From positions 488,942 through 552,941 of the forward strand of contig CAVTKB010000009.1 of the NCBI GenBank assembly GCA_963735205.1: a stretch of DNA of 64,000 nucleotides, read 5' to 3'. The notes below the pieces were generated by a model. The model was not told the DNA's origin, did not search any database, and saw only the letters and a list, made by a program, of their open reading frames with translations. Source of the stretch: an uncultured Acidobacteriota bacterium. GTDB lineage: Bacteria > Acidobacteriota > Terriglobia > Terriglobales > Acidobacteriaceae. Both the position numbers and the translations under genes were made by a program. Positions 9,384 to 16,365 of this stretch are shown in pieces. The first letter of the stretch is position 1; every line of letters begins with the position of its first letter.

Positions 9384-9392
9384 TGGTATGAT
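9384..9392 (+). promoter_or_regulatory. candidate extended -10 promoter element for the XRE regulator gene
   Basis: 'TGgTATGAT' lies 28 nt upstream of ATG 9420, with an AGGGGG Shine-Dalgarno in between. No clean -35 was seen. Confidence 0.3.
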
Positions 9393-9419
9393 TTCCCCAC
9401 TTTCGTAGGGGGCGCAAGC

Positions 9420-10226
9420 ATGTTACCCGCCGGGAAAAGCCTTCGTACGTTACGCGAGAAGCTCGGCCTCACCATGCGTGACGTCGAGACCTCCAGTGCG
9501 CGTGTCGCCGACAAATATCGCAACGAGGAATTTTCCATTCCTCCCAGCCGTTTGTCCGACATCGAGACCAAGGGCATTCTGCCGAGCATCTTCCGCCTCT
9601 ACACACTTTCGGTGATCTACCGGCGCGACCTGCGCGAGCTCATGTCGTGGTACGGGGTCGATCTGAATAATCTGGCCGCCGACCTCGGCCTCGTTTCCCC
9701 GCCAAAATCGCACGTTTCCGATGCGCTGGCGGGGCTCTCATCAGTGCAGGTTCCCGTTCGCTTCGATCCCAGCTTTGACGATCGTCGCACCACCAATCTG
9801 GGCCGCATGGTCGAACAGTGGGGCATGGTCCCGGTCGCTTACCTCGCCCAATTCGCCACTAGCGCCTTCACCTACGGCTACGTCGGCACGCAGGACTTTA
9901 CCATGTACCCGATTCTGCCGCCCGGCAGCTTCATCCAGGTGGACGAATCGAAAAACAAAGTTGTCGAAGGCTCCTGGCGCTCAGAATACGAACGCCCCAT
10001 TTATTTCGTCGAGACACGCGACGGCCACACTTGTTGCTGGTGCAGTATGCGCCGCGAAGAAATCATTCTGCAACCACATCCTTTGTCTCCCGTTCCGGTT
10101 CGTATCCTGCGCCACCCGCAGGAAGCCGAAGTGCTCGGCCAAGTCGTGGGAGTGGCTATGAAATTGACCGAGTGGCACTCCCTCGATTCTTCTGCAGCAT
10201 CGAAAGCGCCAGCAGCACTGAATTAA
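9420..10226 (+). CDS. XRE-family HTH regulator with degenerate S24/LexA-like C-terminal domain
   Basis: N-terminal 'LRTLREKLGLTMRDVE...SRLSDIETKGILPSIFRLYTLSVIY' (HTH_XRE). C-terminal 'FTMYPILPPGSFIQVDE...IYFVETRDGHTCCWCSMRREEIILQPH' resembles the LexA/CI beta-barrel, but the Ser/Lys dyad is not conserved. A paralog lies at 46064-46780. Confidence 0.7.
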   Translation: MLPAGKSLRTLREKLGLTMRDVETSSARVADKYRNEEFSIPPSRLSDIETKGILPSIFRLYTLSVIYRRDLRELMSWYGVDLNNLAADLGLVSPPKSHVSDALAGLSSVQVPVRFDPSFDDRRTTNLGRMVEQWGMVPVAYLAQFATSAFTYGYVGTQDFTMYPILPPGSFIQVDESKNKVVEGSWRSEYERPIYFVETRDGHTCCWCSMRREEIILQPHPLSPVPVRILRHPQEAEVLGQVVGVAMKLTEWHSLDSSAASKAPAALN

Positions 10227-10575
10227 GGTGAGTCGCAGCCGGGGCCTGGCGCTCGCCGGGCAGCAAGTCCTCAAAGCGATCGCGCATGTTTTCCACGTAG
10301 GCCTGGGCCGTCGCTCCTGTCGCGCCGCTCGACGCGTCTAAATCCTCCACCAGCGACCTAAGCGGCATCCGTAACACTCGGGCCACAATCTCGGTATGAG
10401 CCGTCTTCAAGGCGCGTTCAGAAGACTCCGGCCCGTGCACCATTTCCATCCCCCAGTGTTCGTAACGTCCCCCGGCGCGGCGCAGCGACGCCAGATAAAC
10501 CAGCTTCCCCAGCCACCCCGCAACCGCCGCTAGGGTAGTTTCTTTTACGTCTTGTAGAGCCGATTTCAGCGTCAT
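10156..10575 (-). CDS. hypothetical protein (139 aa)
   Basis: Coding-like ORF. Its 3' end overlaps the convergent regulator gene by 71 nt. Box copy 3 abuts its start codon. No recognisable family. Confidence 0.5.
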   Translation of the reverse strand: MTLKSALQDVKETTLAAVAGWLGKLVYLASLRRAGGRYEHWGMEMVHGPESSERALKTAHTEIVARVLRMPLRSLVEDLDASSGATGATAQAYVENMRDRFEDLLPGERQAPAATHLNSVLLALSMLQKNRGSATRSIS

Positions 10576-10576
10576 T

Positions 10577-10594
10577 TTGTTACGAATTCCGAAC
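10577..10594 (+). promoter_or_regulatory. near-palindromic box copy 3
   Basis: 'ttgttacgaattccgaac', 18/18 identical to copy 1. It lies 2 nt from the start codon of the 10156-10575 gene and 89 nt upstream of the small-peptide ORF. Confidence 0.5.
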
Positions 10595-10682
10595 GCTCAG
10601 AGGCTGAGATACCTCGTTGCGCCCCCATTTGTCCCCATGAAATTATCACCGTCCAATTCGCAGTCACAAGGAGAAAACACCC

Positions 10683-10814
10683 ATGAAACGCATCCTGCTG
10701 ATCCTCGGCGCGGCCGTCCTATTCGCATCCACCCTAATAGTTCCAACTGTCGTCCGAGCGGACGGCGGCGGTAACGGTGGCACGAGCTGCGGCATGACTC
10801 TGTGCAAACCGTAG
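10683..10814 (+). CDS. small secreted Cys-containing peptide precursor (43 aa), not in ORF track
   Basis: AAGGAG lies 9-10 nt upstream of the ATG. Sequence: 'MKRILLILGAAVLFASTLIVPTVVRA|DGGGNGGTSCGMTLCKP'. This reads as a Sec-type signal peptide plus a 17-aa Gly-rich tail with C-x4-C. Confidence 0.55.
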   Translation: MKRILLILGAAVLFASTLIVPTVVRADGGGNGGTSCGMTLCKP

Positions 10815-10867
10815 GTAGCACAATTTTGCATGAAAATCGTGCGAGCTGAGCGTTTGGTGAGTAAGCC

Positions 10868-10885
10868 TTACGAAAGCCGAACAAG
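10868..10885 (+). promoter_or_regulatory. near-palindromic box copy 4 (partial)
   Basis: 'ttacgaaagccgaacaag' matches 'ttacgaattccgaacaag' of copy 1 at 16/18 nt. It lies between the peptide ORF and the membrane-protein gene. Confidence 0.4.
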
Positions 10886-10936
10886 GTTCTCGATTGCGTT
10901 GCCGCTGGCAGCGGATCGCGATATAGTGCCTACGCT

Positions 10937-11707
10937 ATGTTTAGAGCGCACTCACTTCTCTGGGACTACCTTTGGGTTGCGCCCAATCTTCTTCTTCTCG
11001 TCCTCGGATTCCTAATCTGGAAGCGGGGAATTGCAATGAAGGCCCGCGCGTTTTTTGCTTTTACCATTCTGAGTGCAATAAGCGAGCTGGCCGTCTATGC
11101 AGCCGATGTACTTCCGACTGTCGGACCTCGGGCTTTCTGGGGAATCGATTGGGCTAGCTTGTTGATTGAGGGCGTGCTGAAGTTCTTACTCATTGGCGAA
11201 ATCTTCTCCCAGGTTTTCGGATCGTATCGATCCGTGGCGCGACTCGGCAGGATACTCATCCACGGGGTTGGAATAGCCTTAATTTTGGTGGCGGCTGTGG
11301 CGGCGGCTTATGCCTCTGAGAACAGCCACTTTGAAATAGTCTCAAGCTTTCATCTGTTGGAACAAGCGGTCTACCTGATTGAGTCCGGTTTGCTGGTTTT
11401 CATTACTCTGTTTTCGTTCTACTTTCAGCTCGCGTGGGGCAGACGCGCTTTCGGAATCACTCTCGGCCTCGGCATTTCGAGTTGTGTCCAGCTGGCATCC
11501 TGGGCGTTGATCGATAACGGTGGCTTGCCGGACTCCAAGCGGACAATCCTTGTTTTCCTCAACATGGCCACCTACCACGTCTGCGTGCTCATCTGGTTCT
11601 ACTACCTTCTCGTCCCTAGCAAAGTTACTGCGAACCCTGCGGTTCCGTTGCCCGAAAATAATCTCGACGTCTGGAACCGTGAACTGGAGCGTTTAGTCCG
11701 CCCATGA
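10937..11707 (+). CDS. polytopic (about 7 TM) membrane protein, unknown family
   Basis: 256 aa with alternating hydrophobic helices throughout. ATGA overlap with the next gene. Confidence 0.65.
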   Translation: MFRAHSLLWDYLWVAPNLLLLVLGFLIWKRGIAMKARAFFAFTILSAISELAVYAADVLPTVGPRAFWGIDWASLLIEGVLKFLLIGEIFSQVFGSYRSVARLGRILIHGVGIALILVAAVAAAYASENSHFEIVSSFHLLEQAVYLIESGLLVFITLFSFYFQLAWGRRAFGITLGLGISSCVQLASWALIDNGGLPDSKRTILVFLNMATYHVCVLIWFYYLLVPSKVTANPAVPLPENNLDVWNRELERLVRP

Positions 11708-12243
11708 CCTTAGCCATCATTCTCGTTATCGCCGCCGCCCTCGCACTGATTTTCATTCTCGGCGTCGCGCTCCACCGCAGCCTGCAGGTTTCCTCCGGCG
11801 CCGGCCTTGCACAACGGATTCAGCCCATCGAAGTCGAGGCCTTCCGCAATCTGGTCGACCCCGCCGAAGATGACTACCTGCGCCGTCGCCTCTCTGCCAC
11901 TGAGTTTCGCCAAGTTCGCCGCGAACGCCTGCGCGCCATGGCCGCCTACATTCAAATCGCGGGAAGAAATGCCGCAATTCTAGTTCGCATAGGTCAGGCC
12001 GCGCTCACCGCTCGCGATGCCGATACCGCCGAAGCCGCGCGCCGTCTCGTCGACAACGCCCTCCTGCTGCGCCGCAACGCCGCGTTCGCTCTGCTCAGAA
12101 TTTATATCGCCCTCGCCTGGCCGAACTCCGGATTCGCCGCTGCTCCCATCCTTCGCGGCTACGAGCGGTTGAACGGTTCCGCCATGCTGCTTGGCAGGCT
12201 GCAAAATCCCGCGGCTCCAGTGCGCATTTCAGTCACGCGGTGA
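11704..12243 (+). CDS. hypothetical N-terminally anchored protein (179 aa, Ala/Arg-rich helical)
   Basis: TM 'LAIILVIAAALALIFILGVAL' followed by a helical soluble part. Translationally coupled (ATGA) to the upstream gene. Confidence 0.6.
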   Translation: MTLAIILVIAAALALIFILGVALHRSLQVSSGAGLAQRIQPIEVEAFRNLVDPAEDDYLRRRLSATEFRQVRRERLRAMAAYIQIAGRNAAILVRIGQAALTARDADTAEAARRLVDNALLLRRNAAFALLRIYIALAWPNSGFAAAPILRGYERLNGSAMLLGRLQNPAAPVRISVTR

Positions 12244-12512
12244 AGGCTGATCGCGCACCGTAACACCCGCCCATCGTTTCCTCAGCGTCGCCGCGAAAAC
12301 TCGCGTATTTCCGGAAAGCTCCGGGGTAACTCGGAAACCACCCTCTTTCGATTCCTGACTTGTTTTCGCGGGCCTTTCTGTTATAAAAACCAGCGGGCTG
12401 CAAAGCTGGGCTACAAAGCACACGTTCCACACCATTTGTGATTTACATCGGCACCTGCCGTGGGAATCAGACCCGCCGTCTGCTCGCCTCCGCGAGTCCA
12501 AGGGAGAATCTT

Positions 12513-15500
12513 ATGATCCGCACCGTAAAAGCTACGTCCTTGTGTTTCTTTGTCCTTCTACTGTCCGCCATTTCTTTTGGCCAGGGCGGCGCGGCCACCG
12601 GTGATCTGCACGTCACGGTAAAAGATCCGGCGGGAAACCTGGTGGCGAGCGCGACCATCACGGTGCGTGACGCGGCCAGAGGTGTGGAGCGAACTGCCAC
12701 CAGTAACGGCCAAGGCGGCTACAGCGCTCAGCTTCTGCCGCCCGGAACATATTCGGTCACGATTGATGCCACCGGCTTCAGCGGCGTGCTAAGCACCGGC
12801 GTCGTCATCACGGTCGGCGGATTGGTCGAGCTTCCGGTTACGCTCTCCGTCGCCACCGGAAAAGAAGTCATAGAAGTCAGCTCGCAAGCGGAACTGGTCG
12901 AGACCTCGCGCAGTTCCACCACCGACACGATCGGCCAGCGCCGCATCGACAATCTTCCCATCAACGGCCGCAACTACATTAACTTCACTCTCACCGATTC
13001 TCAGGTCGTGCGCGACAACGCGCCCAGCCTCGGAGCTGCGCCCACCTCCGGCCTCAACATGAGCGGCCAGCGCGCCCGCTCGAACCTGGTGAACGTTGAC
13101 GGTGCTGACGCCACCGACAACTCGACCAACGGAGTGCGCTCAACCGTTTCGCAGGAAGCAGTCCAGGAATTTCAGATCATCACCAACAGTTACGCGGCGG
13201 AGTACGGACGCGCCTCCGGTGGCGTGGTTAACATCATCACCCGCTCCGGATCGAATGACTTCCACGGCGACATCTACGGCTATCTTCGCAATCGCAACTT
13301 CCAGGCGGTGAATCCTTTCAGCACCGTTCCCGACCCGGCCTACACCCGCGTGCAGGCAGGAGTCGCTTTCGGCGGCGCCATCAAGAAGGACAAAACGTTC
13401 TACTACTTCGCTTACGAAATTACGCGGCGGCATGGGACGGGATTCTCCTCGATCGGCCAAGGCAATTTCGGACTCACTCCGTTCGACGCCTCGGCGTTCT
13501 TCGGCGCTCCGGCCGGCAGTGTGAACCTGCAACTCACGCCCGACCAGATCGGGTTTCTCACCAACTCCAGTGTTGACGCTCTTCTGGCCAATCCCGGACT
13601 CGCGGGCGCGGTGGCCCAATACGCCGAAATAGCCGGCGCATCCTCCGGCATGGCCGTGAACGGCGCCTGGCCCGCCGCATTCGGCGGATTCCCGGGCTTC
13701 ATCTCAAGCTGCCAATCTCCCGGCACATGCTTCGTTCCCGCTTCCTACCAGACGCTGACTTCGCAAGAGGGAAACTTCCCCGTGTTTGAGGGAACGAGTC
13801 TTTACTCACTCCGCCTCGACCACAACCTGGGCGCAAACCATCGCTTAACTTTCCGCGGGAACGTCAGCCCCAGCACCGTCACTGGTCTCGAGGGCAGCGG
13901 CGAAGACCAGCCCTTCGGGCAAAACGCTTACTCCCGCACCTCGGAGCAAACCTATCGCGACGTAGCCGGCGTGTTCCAAGATACCTGGACCATCGGCAAC
14001 GATAAGGTTAACGAGTTCCGCTTTCAATATGCCCGCCGCGGACTTTCCTATTTTTACAACACCCAGATCCCCGGAGGCGCGGATCCAGCCGTCAACATTC
14101 CGGGCTACGCCTACTTCGGCCGCGAACCGTACTCCTATATTCAACGCGTCGAGCAACGCTACCAATTCACCGACAATTTCTCGTGGACTATCGGCCGCCA
14201 CAATATGAAGCTGGGAGGAGACCTCAACTATCTCCCGCTCACCGCAACCTTTACGGTCAACTACGGCGGCGTTTATGATTTCGGGTCGCTCTCGGCCTCG
14301 AATGCCCTCCCGACGGCGACTTACAATGCACTCTCCACCGCGCTGGGCCCGACCTTCAATATTCCGGGCCTGTCCGCCGTGCAGGCTTACGGTTTTGGCG
14401 TTCCCGGAGATTTTGTCCAGGGACTCGGCAGTCCCAGCGACTCGTTCCACAACATTCCCATCGGTGCATTCTGGCAGGATTCGTGGCGCGTGAGTCCCAC
14501 CGTCACTCTGAACTATGGCTTGCGCTACGACGTCGAGATCCCACCCAAGTTCACTCCGCCTCAAGGCCTCGCGCTTCCCGCCTACAACCTTCTGGGAGTA
14601 CAGAAAGGCATTCAGACCGCGAAGCACAATTTTCAGCCTCGCATCGGCATCGCCTGGGATCCCGCCGGCAACGGCAAAACCGTGATCCGCGCCTCCTACG
14701 GCATCTTCTATGACCATCCGCTGCTCGGCCTCTACTTCCTCGGTCAGGCCTCCGACGGATCGTCGAGCGGACAGTTGGCTTTTGCCGGAACTTCAACGTG
14801 CTCCGGTGCCGGCAGTCCCACGAATCTGAATGCGATTACCATTTTTCAGGGTTTGCCCATCAACGTCGCTGACCCAGCCAACCCCTGCGCCGCGACTCTC
14901 AGCCCCGCTGCCGCCACCGCATTAGGATTTCTGCCCAACCAGCAGCAGTTCGTGTCGGTGAACTTTCCGGGATCGATCTTCCTCAACCAGAACTATCTGA
15001 ATGCGGCCAACGGAACTTTCCTGCCGCTAGCCTTCCAGCCCTTCGGCTATCCGCAGTCCAAGAATTTTGTTTACGCGTACTCCCAACAAGCCAACCTCAC
15101 CCTGGAACGCGACCTGGGCAGCGGTTTCGCGCTCAGCCTCGCCTACAACTTCAACGGCGGACGCCATCTGAACCGCCCCATCAACCGCACCGCAATTCGC
15201 GGCGATCTCATTACCGCCAACTACGAATCGGCTTACTATGACGCGCTGGCCTCGGCGCAAGCCCCTCCGGTCAGCCCGCTCACCGTTAGCGGTTGTAGCC
15301 CGGGAGGAACTCCAACCTCTCCCTATCCATTCGTCGACGCCTCGCTGATGAACTTTTTCCGTCCCGGCGGCTTGAATCCGTCGATTATCGGCGCCTACGC
15401 CTCGATCGGCGACCCGCTCGGCTGCATTGCCCAAGCCCAAGCCGTCGTGCAGTCCATCCCGGGATTCAACGCCAATTGCGATCCCGCGACCTTCACCGGC

Positions 15501-16280
15501 TGCGTCCCGTTCGGCGACATGGACGCCAATTACTCCAACGGCAGCTCCATCTATCACGGCTTCAGCGCCAACCTGCGCAAGCGCTTCTCCAACCATTACG
15601 AATTCCTCGCGTCCTACACATGGTCGCACTCGATTGACGATTCCACCGATTTGCAATCGACGCTCACGCCCGAAGACAGCTATATCCCGGCCCTCGATCG
15701 ATCCACGTCATCGTTCGACCAGCGTCATCGTTTCGTGTTCAGCGGCGTGTATCAGAGTGGAAAGCTGAGCGGCAGCGGCTTCGCCAGCATGTTCTTCAGC
15801 TACTGGACGGTCGCTCCCATCCTCGATGTGGCCTCGGGACGTCCCTTCAACATCATCACCGGCAACGGCGACAACCTTCAGCTTTCGTCTCTGACCGCGC
15901 GGCCCAACACGACGATCAATCCAGCTTGCACGGCTGCCGGATACACGCCCGTCGCCTCCAAGTACTCGCCGACCGGCATGCTGCAGGAGCCCTGCATCAA
16001 CGGCTTCGTCGCCACCGGCGTCGCGCCCACGCTGCTGCAACTCGACGGCAATCTCGCCCGCAACGCCGGCATTCAGCCCTGGACCATTTTCAACGATCTC
16101 CGCGTTGCCAAACGCATCCCCATCGGCGAGCGCTTCAGCACAGACCTGATCGTCGACATGTTCAACCTTGCCAACAAAATGAACGTGGCTGCGGTCAGCC
16201 CGCTATTTACCAACGCCGGCCAACCCACCGCTGCCTACGATCCGCGCCAGTTCCAGTTCGCGCTGAAATTGAACTGGTAG
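12513..16280 (+). CDS. TonB-dependent receptor with N-terminal carboxypeptidase-regulatory-like domain
   Basis: AGGGAG Shine-Dalgarno plus ATG 12513. Signal peptide, CarboxypepD_reg-like 'DLHVTVKDPAGNLV...GTYSVTIDATGF', plug 'IDNLPINGRNYINF', long beta-barrel ending '...FALKLNW'. Confidence 0.85.
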   Translation: MIRTVKATSLCFFVLLLSAISFGQGGAATGDLHVTVKDPAGNLVASATITVRDAARGVERTATSNGQGGYSAQLLPPGTYSVTIDATGFSGVLSTGVVITVGGLVELPVTLSVATGKEVIEVSSQAELVETSRSSTTDTIGQRRIDNLPINGRNYINFTLTDSQVVRDNAPSLGAAPTSGLNMSGQRARSNLVNVDGADATDNSTNGVRSTVSQEAVQEFQIITNSYAAEYGRASGGVVNIITRSGSNDFHGDIYGYLRNRNFQAVNPFSTVPDPAYTRVQAGVAFGGAIKKDKTFYYFAYEITRRHGTGFSSIGQGNFGLTPFDASAFFGAPAGSVNLQLTPDQIGFLTNSSVDALLANPGLAGAVAQYAEIAGASSGMAVNGAWPAAFGGFPGFISSCQSPGTCFVPASYQTLTSQEGNFPVFEGTSLYSLRLDHNLGANHRLTFRGNVSPSTVTGLEGSGEDQPFGQNAYSRTSEQTYRDVAGVFQDTWTIGNDKVNEFRFQYARRGLSYFYNTQIPGGADPAVNIPGYAYFGREPYSYIQRVEQRYQFTDNFSWTIGRHNMKLGGDLNYLPLTATFTVNYGGVYDFGSLSASNALPTATYNALSTALGPTFNIPGLSAVQAYGFGVPGDFVQGLGSPSDSFHNIPIGAFWQDSWRVSPTVTLNYGLRYDVEIPPKFTPPQGLALPAYNLLGVQKGIQTAKHNFQPRIGIAWDPAGNGKTVIRASYGIFYDHPLLGLYFLGQASDGSSSGQLAFAGTSTCSGAGSPTNLNAITIFQGLPINVADPANPCAATLSPAAATALGFLPNQQQFVSVNFPGSIFLNQNYLNAANGTFLPLAFQPFGYPQSKNFVYAYSQQANLTLERDLGSGFALSLAYNFNGGRHLNRPINRTAIRGDLITANYESAYYDALASAQAPPVSPLTVSGCSPGGTPTSPYPFVDASLMNFFRPGGLNPSIIGAYASIGDPLGCIAQAQAVVQSIPGFNANCDPATFTGCVPFGDMDANYSNGSSIYHGFSANLRKRFSNHYEFLASYTWSHSIDDSTDLQSTLTPEDSYIPALDRSTSSFDQRHRFVFSGVYQSGKLSGSGFASMFFSYWTVAPILDVASGRPFNIITGNGDNLQLSSLTARPNTTINPACTAAGYTPVASKYSPTGMLQEPCINGFVATGVAPTLLQLDGNLARNAGIQPWTIFNDLRVAKRIPIGERFSTDLIVDMFNLANKMNVAAVSPLFTNAGQPTAAYDPRQFQFALKLNW

Positions 16281-16300
16281 GAAAGATCGGACTTCGGACC

Positions 16301-16354
16301 TCAGACCTCGGACGAAAAGATTCCTTCAGCCAGGATGTAAGGTCCGAGGTCTGA
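16301..16354. terminator. hairpin between convergent receptor genes (candidate bidirectional terminator, built from GGACCTCAGACCTCGGAC-type repeat)
   Basis: 'tcagacctcggac' (16301-16313) pairs with 'gtccgaggtctga' (16342-16354). Related motifs occur at 39918-39932 and 40393-40407. No U-tract. Confidence 0.4.
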
Positions 16355-16365
16355 AGCCCGCCCTT

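Noticed and set aside
12244-12512. Possible riboswitch (e.g. cobalamin) ahead of the TonB-dependent receptor
   Set aside because: I could not find a B12-box-like or any other recognisable conserved riboswitch core. An Infernal/Rfam scan would be needed to exclude one.
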